The notes under the pieces were generated by a model. That model was not told the origin of the DNA and did not search any database. It worked only from the letters and a program-made list of their open reading frames with translations. Below are positions 8,747 through 16,872 of a DNA stretch of 64,000 nucleotides, in pieces. The DNA lies in IMG/VR virus record IMGVR_UViG_3300034171_000062, positions 64,001 through 128,000 of that record; one strand, written 5' to 3'. This DNA comes from a virus (Duplodnaviria; Caudoviricetes). The position numbers and the translations under genes were made by a program. Position 1 is the stretch's first letter, and every line of letters starts with the position of its first letter.

Positions 8747-9802
8747 TCACCAGTTGCATTTGTGACCGAGTTTGCCAAGTATGGATAAACACCGATCCGT
8801 CTCCAGTAATCGCTGAACACGGTGAACGCCCCGCGTAGCACATTTACTGACAAATCGACATCCGGAACAGTCATTAGACTGCGACGCGCGCGTAATCGAT
8901 TCGAAGAAGGTGTCTTGATCCGAACGTTGTATTGAATCCAATGTCCAAGGCTTCTCAAATTTAAAGTCGGGGTGGAAGACAGCAATCGGACTGTTAATAA
9001 ACGGTGCGATGTAAAGATCCCCATTCCGATAGGCCAAATGGTAGTCGGCCCCAACGTGAGCGCTCAAGTCGTCGACTGTGAACTCGTATCCGGCGTCCAC
9101 TTGATTGGCAAAGGTTTGGTTCTGTTTTAAGATGGCGCGCAAGAACTCATCGCGATCTTCCTTTACGCTGAGATCCCGGCGGCCGTAGTGAAACACGAAC
9201 GTGGTGGTGTCCGATTTCTCAAACAACTCGATGTGTCGGGTGGCGTAAAGAACCTCTTCATTGATCAGGCCGTTATCAAGCATGGACTCGGTCATGTTGA
9301 CGATGGCCGTCACGCTGGCGATTGTGACTGTTTCTAAGTGTTGATTGAGCCAAGCAATCCGCCCTCGGAGTTTCTCCAAGTAGGCGACGTTGCGGTGGTG
9401 TTTCAATTCAACGGGCACCAAGAACTCTACGTTCAGACCGGGCATAAACGCGTCCAACTCTTTAGCGAATTCCACGTAAGCATCGGCCTTGGGATTCAAG
9501 AACGAACAGTTAAAGACCACCGATTTAAACCCAGTAACTAGATCCCGTATGATGGGATGAGTCAATACGTCGGTCCGGTTGCTGGCCGACATGACGTCCA
9601 CCGGCGCAAACTCCATCCACGACATCTCCCACCCGCGCTCACGCACGTCGTCCACCACGTCCCGTAAGGCGTGGAGGTCGTCTTCGGTGTATGGGGTTAC
9701 ACCTGTGGTGTTAACGCTGCACCCTGAACACCCGTAGTCGCAGTCTTTCAGTAGTTCCAGTGCCAGGTTACCAATGTTGTCCCCTCGGATCATAATCGTC
9801 AT
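8747..9802 (-). CDS. Divergent radical SAM protein with a C-terminal Cys cluster, rSAM-5 (paralog of rSAM-6)
   Basis: CDYGCSGC; C-terminal CSGCRFVSKC...C; shares YRNG.L/M...PFI and KCA.RGV motifs with rSAM-6; ATGA overlap. Confidence 0.75.
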   Translation of the reverse strand: MTIMIRGDNIGNLALELLKDCDYGCSGCSVNTTGVTPYTEDDLHALRDVVDDVRERGWEMSWMEFAPVDVMSASNRTDVLTHPIIRDLVTGFKSVVFNCSFLNPKADAYVEFAKELDAFMPGLNVEFLVPVELKHHRNVAYLEKLRGRIAWLNQHLETVTIASVTAIVNMTESMLDNGLINEEVLYATRHIELFEKSDTTTFVFHYGRRDLSVKEDRDEFLRAILKQNQTFANQVDAGYEFTVDDLSAHVGADYHLAYRNGDLYIAPFINSPIAVFHPDFKFEKPWTLDSIQRSDQDTFFESITRASQSNDCSGCRFVSKCATRGVHRVQRLLETDRCLSILGKLGHKCNW

Positions 9803-10743
9803 TGTGTCTCAGCCCATTGCAATAAGTGAATGAACCCGTTGCACGACTGGTCGGTACTCTGCACGTCTCTCAGGTGTTCTGACAGACACCGTCCAAAATA
9901 CGTACAGCCGCTGCAACCTGATGTCAGTACCCTCGTCTTCTCAGTGTCACACCACGCAAAATACGCGTCGATGCTGTCCATCTCCAAGAAGAACTCGTTG
10001 TCCGCCTCATCGAACTCCAACACGCCAAACTGGCCGCTGGGGGTGATGTACACATGGTCGTCGGAAAACGCGTTGCGCTGGCCAGACAGACTCTCTTGAA
10101 TCTGCTGAGCGTTGACGAATTCAAACTTCATCTCAGACTGACGTTCGTACAATTGCTTAATGAACGCCTCGTACTCCGGGTATCCTACCGGCAACTGATT
10201 GGCCTGATTCGGACTGTAGGGCTTGATCTCCACCGAACTGAGATTGGCCAGAAGATTCAATGTCCCAACAATCTCATCGGGGGTCTTTGCTAGAACCTCT
10301 GGGGTGGCCAAGATCAGAATCGAGAACTCCCGCTCCATCTTTAACATCTGTTGAAAGACGTGTTCGTGTCTCTCGCGTGCATCGAAGTCGTAGCTGACTG
10401 ACAAGTACCAGTCCGGGTCGTGCATCACAGCGTTGTTCACAGACAGATTGGTGATGATGTTCAGATCGTCGATCCCGCGGGCGTGGAGACCTTCTTTTAA
10501 TTCGTTGATGTACTCCGAAGGCAACAGCAACGGTTCGCCTCCGTAGAGGTCCACCATACCCACGGGTCTATGTGCCAGCACCTCATCCACACGTTCAAAC
10601 AACCGTGTCAGCGACAGACGTTTCTTGTCTGCCAGTTGCACTGGAGTCAAGTAACAGAAGTTGCATCGGAAGTTGCAGTAGTACGAAGGATTTACCGACA
10701 AATTGATCGGTTGATCAGTCGACGTTAACGAGTGTAAGTTCAT
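9799..10743 (-). CDS. Radical SAM protein with a partial SPASM/twitch domain, rSAM-4
   Basis: NPSYYCNFRCNFCY, YGGEP, ITNL; C-terminal CSGCTYFGRC...C; likely start ATG 10743. Confidence 0.88.
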   Translation of the reverse strand: MNLHSLTSTDQPINLSVNPSYYCNFRCNFCYLTPVQLADKKRLSLTRLFERVDEVLAHRPVGMVDLYGGEPLLLPSEYINELKEGLHARGIDDLNIITNLSVNNAVMHDPDWYLSVSYDFDARERHEHVFQQMLKMEREFSILILATPEVLAKTPDEIVGTLNLLANLSSVEIKPYSPNQANQLPVGYPEYEAFIKQLYERQSEMKFEFVNAQQIQESLSGQRNAFSDDHVYITPSGQFGVLEFDEADNEFFLEMDSIDAYFAWCDTEKTRVLTSGCSGCTYFGRCLSEHLRDVQSTDQSCNGFIHLLQWAETQ

Positions 10744-11812
10744 CGATACTCTCATCCACATAGGGGGTTGGGATCAAGATCCCGGTTAATCCGTTGGCTT
10801 CGATGAGGTCGGGGGCCAGTGCTTTCATCTTGCGACAGTGTTCTTCGACGCGGCCGGTCTTCTTGGCGTCTCGGATGCTCTTCTTACAGCCGTTGCAAAT
10901 GGAGAACATGGGACAGAAGTAACAGTCCTGCTTTAAACTGTCCAACTCAAACACCTGAAGTGGGAGTTGCTTCTTACCCGTCATTTCTTCTTCGAAGTTG
11001 ATCGGGTATTCCCCATCGTCACCAAAGGAACCGCAGGAGTAATAGTCCCCACTCGGCTGCATGGCCCGGATGCCAGAGTCGCACGTGCGCTTCAAAGGAC
11101 ACGTGGTAGCACCACCCGCTAGGGCAACGGTCATTTGTTGTGTGCCGTGTTCCCACTCAGTCAGTCCTCGGCGATGGAGGTCCAGATAGACTTCGTACAT
11201 GTCCGCTACCAAGAAGTGCTGACCTTCATTGCCCATGGTGCCTTTCTTGGTTTGAACAACCGGCCCGGAGGCGTTGGCGTAGTTCAGCTTACACGACACA
11301 CCCATGGCCTTGGCCAACTCTACGGTTTTCACCGCTTCATGGCGATTACTCTCATCGACGACGGCGATGAACGTGGGGCGGTATCCTACGTGCTCTAACA
11401 TGGTGTCTGAGACGGCCCAGAACTCGTCTTCGGTGAACGGGGTATAATCCCCCTTCAATCGTTTCTCACCGTACTGGAAGCTCGTAGCGACGCCCACACG
11501 AGGGTGATTGAACAGAGGCGCCCACTTCCCCGGTTTCTTGTAGAACGGCCAGAGATTGGAGGTCAGTGAGATGCTGGTGTTTTCCATCTTCAACTCGTCC
11601 AACATCTCAATCAAGGCCCAGTAATACGCCGGTGGCATCATTAACGGGTCGCCGCCGTTGACGATGATGGTGTTGGTTTCCGGGAAACGTTCCAAGAACC
11701 GACGTATATCGACCAACTCCAGAATGTCGTTGCTGTCCTCGGCGATGTTTGTGCTGGAACAGAACGTGCATTTAAAGTTGCATTTCTCCGTGGGTTTGAT
11801 TATGAGATCAAT
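10715..11812 (-). CDS. Radical SAM/SPASM protein, rSAM-3 (ATT start codon)
   Basis: The ORF track begins at TTG 11716, but the frame extends to ATT 11812: IDLIIKPTEKCNFKCTFCSST, containing CxxxCxxC. AGGAGG lies 8 nt upstream and an in-frame TAG lies 5 codons upstream. Also has NGGDP and SPASM Cys CPLKRTC..YSCG..CYFCPMFSICNGC..C. Confidence 0.88.
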   Translation of the reverse strand: MDLIIKPTEKCNFKCTFCSSTNIAEDSNDILELVDIRRFLERFPETNTIIVNGGDPLMMPPAYYWALIEMLDELKMENTSISLTSNLWPFYKKPGKWAPLFNHPRVGVATSFQYGEKRLKGDYTPFTEDEFWAVSDTMLEHVGYRPTFIAVVDESNRHEAVKTVELAKAMGVSCKLNYANASGPVVQTKKGTMGNEGQHFLVADMYEVYLDLHRRGLTEWEHGTQQMTVALAGGATTCPLKRTCDSGIRAMQPSGDYYSCGSFGDDGEYPINFEEEMTGKKQLPLQVFELDSLKQDCYFCPMFSICNGCKKSIRDAKKTGRVEEHCRKMKALAPDLIEANGLTGILIPTPYVDESIDELTLVNVD

Positions 11813-11841
11813 CTTACTACCCTCCTAGCCCGGAGGCTCGT

Positions 11842-12900
11842 TTAAACGTTCAGTGTGGGTATGCGTTGAGCGGCACCATCGCTGACGGCGTCGATGTATC
11901 GATGGGTGGCTTTGTACACACACTCATCCATTTCGTCTCGGTGGCGATACGCGTGTTGCATGAAGCACCCCAACTCACAGCGTTGAAAGTACTCGCACGT
12001 CAAGCACCCATATTTCTCCATGAAGTGTTCTTCAATGCCCCGATTGCTCTGCGGATCGATGGGCACTTCGTAGATCTCTTCGGCAATCTTTGGGTCGATG
12101 AGGTTACCGCACCCACAGGTAGTGCCGTCTTCCAAAATCAACTTACTGGATCGACACGACAAACTACTGGACTTGCGTTCCATCCACCCAGCGATCGGTT
12201 CGCAGTTTGGGTAGTTATCGATCAAAAACGTAAACAACTTGAACAGATCCAAATCGCCTGGGGCGGCTGGAGTAACTTCATCGGGCATCAGGTAATCGAA
12301 ATAGATCTTAAACCCAGCGCCATAGACCCATTTAAAGAACGCGTCCTGATCTCTTAGGAAGTGATCGATGTTCTGCTTGGTTGCGACTAGACAGACGCTT
12401 CTAATGATTCTGGGTCCGAAGTATTCTAAGTTGGCTTTAAACGCTTCAAACTGCTTGCGGTTAAAGCGACCTTTGGGATCGTAGGACGTCGTGAACGTCG
12501 TGGGAATGCCCGCCGTTGCGCACTCTTCAATGAACAGACTCAATTGAGTTCGATCGTCCGTCACCAGGTTGGTCACCCAGTTAAGCGTGACTCGGATGTT
12601 ATTCAAGCGTGCGTGGGCTACGATCGCTTGTGCCAGTTTTACGTACGCCGCGCGCATCGTGGGAGTAAAGACCTCCGGCGCGAAGACCTCCCCACCCATG
12701 ATGTTAAACACCACAACCGACTTGGTCTCCTTGTCCAGAAGCTTCACCACCGCGGGCAATTTCCCCAGTATATCGTCCACGCCTACTAAGGAGTCGTGGT
12801 CCTGCCAGCAGAAACTGCACGACAGGTTACAGTACTCGAACAGGTGTATCGTGTATTCCTGTTCGGGGTCTCGCTTGCTGTTCAATAAGAGATCGGTCAT
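11842..12900 (-). CDS. Radical SAM/SPASM protein, rSAM-2
   Basis: HLFEYCNLSCSFCW, MGGE, VTNL; C-terminal C..CGC..CLTCEYFQRCELGC..C. Confidence 0.88.
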   Translation of the reverse strand: MTDLLLNSKRDPEQEYTIHLFEYCNLSCSFCWQDHDSLVGVDDILGKLPAVVKLLDKETKSVVVFNIMGGEVFAPEVFTPTMRAAYVKLAQAIVAHARLNNIRVTLNWVTNLVTDDRTQLSLFIEECATAGIPTTFTTSYDPKGRFNRKQFEAFKANLEYFGPRIIRSVCLVATKQNIDHFLRDQDAFFKWVYGAGFKIYFDYLMPDEVTPAAPGDLDLFKLFTFLIDNYPNCEPIAGWMERKSSSLSCRSSKLILEDGTTCGCGNLIDPKIAEEIYEVPIDPQSNRGIEEHFMEKYGCLTCEYFQRCELGCFMQHAYRHRDEMDECVYKATHRYIDAVSDGAAQRIPTLNV

Positions 12901-13910
12901 AGTTCGAACCCTTTACACGCCTCCGACTTCAATCCCACCGCCCAATGGATGACGTGGACTTTTAACTTGTCCATGTCGGCCCAATCTAGGTAGTCGGTGT
13001 GTTCGTTGCTGGCACGTATCATGGAAATGAAAAGATCGGTTGCTTCGCCATCCTCAATCGGGTCGACGCTGCTGATGATCCTTAGTTTGGCCCGTTCGGC
13101 TTCGATTTGCAGTTTCTCGATCTGAGGTTCCTGATCCAGATACAAGGCAAAGTCCCGACACAGCGCGTCTTGAGTGGGTTGTTTCATCCGCGTGATCCGA
13201 AGCGTCAGATTGGGGTCGGTCAAGAAATTGAACCCAGGTACCTTACGCAGTAAATTCACCTCGCCGACGTGCTGGCTGGCGTCGTATCCGTACTTCTTCT
13301 GCATGTGGGCTGAGAAGAACAAAGACACCAGATTACGCTGAATTTCATGCACGTGATTGATCGTCGACCGTAACGCAAACATACGTACGTCCTCGGCGAT
13401 GCTTACGCGCTTGTTGCCTGAAAGATAGTCCAACAACTTATACTCCAGAGAGAGCTTCTCTGGAATGTCGCGCACCACCGTCCGAAGGTCGGCGTCGCCT
13501 TCGAGGTTGGCGTAATCTGAAACCATCTCTTTAACGACTTCCCCTTTAGGTAACGCCACGCCCTGAGTATTCAATGCCACCAGTTCCAGTCCCAATAGGG
13601 TTTGTACTTGACTCAGAGTGGCGTTGGGGAAAATGGCTTTCAGCCACTTACTGATCAACTTACCGTAAGACTCAAGACTGGTGTAGATAACGATCTTCTT
13701 GTCCCCTACGCCTTTATACTGCGTGAGTAACTTAGTGAAACCGGTGGCCACAAACTCATCTTCGTCAGCGGTCAGTCCCATTAGGATAGGACCAGCAAGT
13801 TCTCGCTCGTCGTAGTTCTCAGCCATAACCTTGGAGGCCAGGTAGAACGCATGTTTTTCCGATTTGATGCTATCCACGGCTAGGTAGATGCGATTAAACA
13901 AATGATACAT
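12897..13910 (-). CDS. Hypothetical protein of the radical SAM cluster
   Basis: 337-aa ORF with TAATG overlap upstream and ATGA overlap downstream; no recognised motif. Confidence 0.8.
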   Translation of the reverse strand: MYHLFNRIYLAVDSIKSEKHAFYLASKVMAENYDERELAGPILMGLTADEDEFVATGFTKLLTQYKGVGDKKIVIYTSLESYGKLISKWLKAIFPNATLSQVQTLLGLELVALNTQGVALPKGEVVKEMVSDYANLEGDADLRTVVRDIPEKLSLEYKLLDYLSGNKRVSIAEDVRMFALRSTINHVHEIQRNLVSLFFSAHMQKKYGYDASQHVGEVNLLRKVPGFNFLTDPNLTLRITRMKQPTQDALCRDFALYLDQEPQIEKLQIEAERAKLRIISSVDPIEDGEATDLFISMIRASNEHTDYLDWADMDKLKVHVIHWAVGLKSEACKGFEL

Positions 13911-14635
13911 TACGTTTCCTCGATGGCTATTTCGTCGTTCTTTAAAGCGACGAGCGCGTCTTCGAACTCTTCGTTCGTAAGCATCTCATCGTCCACCATA
14001 GACACCAGAAGAACGTGTAAGTCGTTCTCTGGAATGGCCCAAAACGAAAACAGGTTCTTACTTTTGAACATGTAGTCGTTAAAGTACTTGGTGTAATTCC
14101 GCACCAGGCCGTCGTTTACCACTTCCATGGCGATAGGAAACAACGGATTGTCAAACAGATTGACAAAGTTGATGCCTTTGGTGTCTGCCGTGTCGTCGAC
14201 TGGGTAGTTGTTGACCAGCGCTTGCAGGGCGTCGTCTTGAATGGTTGTCATCATGTACAAACTCATGGAGTCGATCAACGACAGCCACTTGCCCAATATA
14301 CCGAGTCGGTCTTTAATCCATTTGTCGGTCACCCAATTGCACACACCCAATCCCTTGATGTGGAGCATTACTTCCAACACCATGGTTTCCAACTTCTTAC
14401 ATTTCAGTAAGGTGGGTAGGTTCAAATACGCGTCCAACACCTCCAAGGCGTCCTCACCCAAAAAGGTGACTTCAACCGGTAGGTCTAGGTTACTTAAGTA
14501 GATCAGGGCTTGCAGTGGGTTTACTCGATCCTTCGAGGCCGACAGGTCGATCTCCAAAGAGACCTCTGGATCGCCGATGATCTCCCGAAGGGTGGCGACG
14601 GGAATGGGGACGGTGGTTTGGACTACAGTACTCAT
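13910..14635 (-). CDS. Hypothetical protein of the radical SAM cluster
   Basis: Start MSTVVQTT at 14635 overlaps the stop of the CHxx-tail gene (TAATG); acidic, helical. Confidence 0.8.
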   Translation of the reverse strand: MSTVVQTTVPIPVATLREIIGDPEVSLEIDLSASKDRVNPLQALIYLSNLDLPVEVTFLGEDALEVLDAYLNLPTLLKCKKLETMVLEVMLHIKGLGVCNWVTDKWIKDRLGILGKWLSLIDSMSLYMMTTIQDDALQALVNNYPVDDTADTKGINFVNLFDNPLFPIAMEVVNDGLVRNYTKYFNDYMFKSKNLFSFWAIPENDLHVLLVSMVDDEMLTNEEFEDALVALKNDEIAIEET

Positions 14636-15192
14636 TAACGACGTCCTCTTGAGTTGTGACAGCTGTCGTGACATTGGGCGTGACAGATGTCGCGCGCTAA
14701 CGTGTGGGTGGTGTTCACTCGGGCGTAGTTATAATACGCATTGCGTAACCGTTCAATGAACCCGTCCGCGCCCGCCCGATCGATGGCGTAGCCGTCGTCC
14801 ACCGTGCCCGCAGCTTGGGCTGGGATGTTGATTTCCTGGGCGGCGGTTAGATTGGCGATGGTCGTGGTGTCGTATATCACTCTATACCCATTGCCTGACG
14901 ACCACCCAGTCCGGTTCTGACGGATATAAATGCGTGTCCGGCGGATGCGGGAGTAGTTCTTCATATACGCATGCAGGGTAGCGCGCATGGTGTCGGCATC
15001 CAATACCCCACCCGGACCTTCAATCGCCGCGTAGGGCGGCAATGAGTAGTATCCGCTGGTAGTGCCCCCAAACCATCCGTACAGGGAATTTGCTGGGTAG
15101 TTGTTGGTGCCCCAGGATATCCCACTGCGGGACAGGGCACTTACCCTTTCACTGAATTTTAAGTAGACGTCTGCTGTCTTGATCTCGGCCAT
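14635..15192 (-). CDS. Candidate substrate/precursor protein with C-terminal (CHxx)3-RGRR tail; virion-protein-like body
   Basis: 185 aa ending RDICHAQCHDSCHNSRGRR; Gly/Thr/Tyr-rich body; AGGA RBS; embedded among rSAM genes. Confidence 0.7.
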   Translation of the reverse strand: MAEIKTADVYLKFSERVSALSRSGISWGTNNYPANSLYGWFGGTTSGYYSLPPYAAIEGPGGVLDADTMRATLHAYMKNYSRIRRTRIYIRQNRTGWSSGNGYRVIYDTTTIANLTAAQEINIPAQAAGTVDDGYAIDRAGADGFIERLRNAYYNYARVNTTHTLARDICHAQCHDSCHNSRGRR

Positions 15193-15238
15193 GTCAAGGT
15201 TCCTATAAGTTTAAATGTCCATACGATCTAACGATCCT

Positions 15239-16288
15239 TTATCCCACGTTAAGTACCGGAATGATATCCGTCTCTCCGTATTTAAAGTGAGATAGGAGCA
15301 ATCTCAATCCAGGACACGAGTTGCCCTGCCAAATCAGTCGATGGCAGTCCCCGCCACAGACATCGAATAAGTGACAACTTAAGCAGTTGGGGTTAACGTC
15401 CAGTTCGTCGACAATGCGTTCCGTACGACCGTCGCTTAAAAGGAACTCTTCCAAATTGTCGTCCAAGGTCCCGTTCGATTCCACCTTGGCGCCGTTGGCA
15501 CACCCGCCGATGTTTCCTGCGCCGTCTACCGTAAACAAGTTCTGTTCGCACGTGCGGCAGTTGGTGTCTACGTTATACTGGTTGGTTTCGAACTTAGTCT
15601 CTATGGTTTCCAACGTGCCGATGGTGAAGTTGGGTTTCAGACGTTTGTACGCGAAGTACAAATCGTAGTAAAACTTATCCACCGCCCGATTGTCTGGGAA
15701 CATATGGGGGTTGTCCACCGCGTTGCCGTCGGAAGTTAGACGTTCGATGGCCACGTCCGTCACCCCAAACGTCCCCCACAACTTGATCAACTCATCGACG
15801 TTGTACGTAAGAGTCTGATCGGTGACGGTCACAAACATCTTAATGGTGATGTTCATGTCTCGCAGAGTCTTCAAGTTCCCAAGCCACTGTTGATACATCC
15901 GCTCGGTCTTAAATCGATACACTGGGTCCCAACTCGTACCGACGTGACTCCCCATCACTTTGATGAAAAAGTTCGTGTGTTCATCGGTCAACTTATATAT
16001 GAGATTGGTGGTGGCGCCGATTGAGATGTCGTCCCAGCGTTCTTCGCCCACCAGACGTTTGACCGTTAAGGCAAAGTCCCAATGTTCGTGAATAGGACGT
16101 AAGAAAGGCTCGCCCCCATGTAACTCCAAATGTAAATGTTCGTCGTTGAACTGCTGAGCCAACTCACTGACCCACCCAGCAACCTTCTGAGTATCCCAAG
16201 CAGTCTTCGCCCCCTTCGACCCTGAGGTAAAGCAGTGATCGCAATCCAGATTACAAGTGTCCGTTGGTTTGATGTACACTACCTTCAT
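15239..16288 (-). CDS. Radical SAM/SPASM protein, rSAM-1
   Basis: YIKPTDTCNLDCDHCF, HGGEP, TTNL; SPASM CRTC..GGC..CLSCHLFDVCGGDC..C; ATGA overlap with the JmjC gene. Confidence 0.92.
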   Translation of the reverse strand: MKVVYIKPTDTCNLDCDHCFTSGSKGAKTAWDTQKVAGWVSELAQQFNDEHLHLELHGGEPFLRPIHEHWDFALTVKRLVGEERWDDISIGATTNLIYKLTDEHTNFFIKVMGSHVGTSWDPVYRFKTERMYQQWLGNLKTLRDMNITIKMFVTVTDQTLTYNVDELIKLWGTFGVTDVAIERLTSDGNAVDNPHMFPDNRAVDKFYYDLYFAYKRLKPNFTIGTLETIETKFETNQYNVDTNCRTCEQNLFTVDGAGNIGGCANGAKVESNGTLDDNLEEFLLSDGRTERIVDELDVNPNCLSCHLFDVCGGDCHRLIWQGNSCPGLRLLLSHFKYGETDIIPVLNVG

Positions 16289-16770
16289 AACTGCCACCGG
16301 TCTTCTAAGAATTGTTCGTTACCAAAACTGATCATGATCGATTCGAATTCGTTTGTAGCACGATGCATAACGCCCGCCGGAATCCACACCGTTGGGTTGT
16401 ATATCGGATCGAGGGTGATGACCTCCCCACCAATTTCAATCGTCTTTTTACCGTAAACGCATTTCAGTAGAATGTCGTACGGGTCTTCATGCAACCTAAA
16501 GCTAGGCGCGCCAGCCACCGCCCAAAACAGATGTGCGTTGCACGGACCGTCGTGACCGGTTTCCTTCTTTATCCGAACCGTCTCCAACTGCACCTCTCGG
16601 AACACCCGTTCCAACTCTTCCACCTTGATGGTCTTTAAGGAACCGTCGAACGCCTCAGCCACTGAGCTTATCGGGCGAATGTGGTGGTCGGTGTCGATGC
16701 GAGAGACCAAACTTTCCTCGTACAGATCCGGCAGCGTCAGCAGCATTTCAATGCGGTCTTTAAAATCCAT
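16285..16770 (-). CDS. Cupin/JmjC-like oxygenase (resembling the ROX/YcfD cupin_4 family)
   Basis: SFRLHEDPYD (HxD), GKK and WIPAGVMHRA (distal His); start MDFKDR at 16770 with a GAGGAG RBS. Confidence 0.75.
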   Translation of the reverse strand: MDFKDRIEMLLTLPDLYEESLVSRIDTDHHIRPISSVAEAFDGSLKTIKVEELERVFREVQLETVRIKKETGHDGPCNAHLFWAVAGAPSFRLHEDPYDILLKCVYGKKTIEIGGEVITLDPIYNPTVWIPAGVMHRATNEFESIMISFGNEQFLEDRWQL

Positions 16771-16825
16771 GGCGGGTCTCCTCAGTAATCTCATACCTTG
16801 AGCCGTCGAAGTATCGCTTTACACG

Positions 16826-16854
16826 GAAAAAGAGAGGACCCGAAGGTCCTCTCT
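16826..16854 (-). terminator. Intrinsic terminator after the tail fibre gene
   Basis: Minus strand AGAGAGGACC-TTCG-GGTCCTCTCT-TTTT. Confidence 0.88.
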
Positions 16855-16856
16855 AT

Positions 16857-16869
16857 GGGGGGGGGGGGG
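16857..16869. repeat. G13 homopolymer (C13 on the coding strand)
   Basis: 13 consecutive G between the fibre stop codon and the terminator. Confidence 0.9.
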
Positions 16870-16872
16870 AGT

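Noticed and set aside
8743-9054. 104-aa N-terminal extension of rSAM-6 given by the ORF track
   Set aside because: It overlaps rSAM-5 by about 300 nt in another frame. ATG 8742 sits 4 nt after the rSAM-5 stop and aligns with the paralog's start. Similar upstream extensions were trimmed for the KAS, desaturase 1 and other genes.
14638-14685. Reading CHAQCHDSCH as c-type haem-binding motifs
   Set aside because: The spacing is CxxxCH with shared cysteines, not CxxCH. There is no signal peptide and no cytochrome c maturation gene in the window.
1108-16770. The cluster being host chromosomal DNA or an IS/transposon-borne island
   Set aside because: It is flanked by phage fibre genes, its closing terminator matches the phage one at 48458-48485, and no transposase, integrase or terminal repeats are visible. 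A chimeric assembly cannot be excluded without reads.
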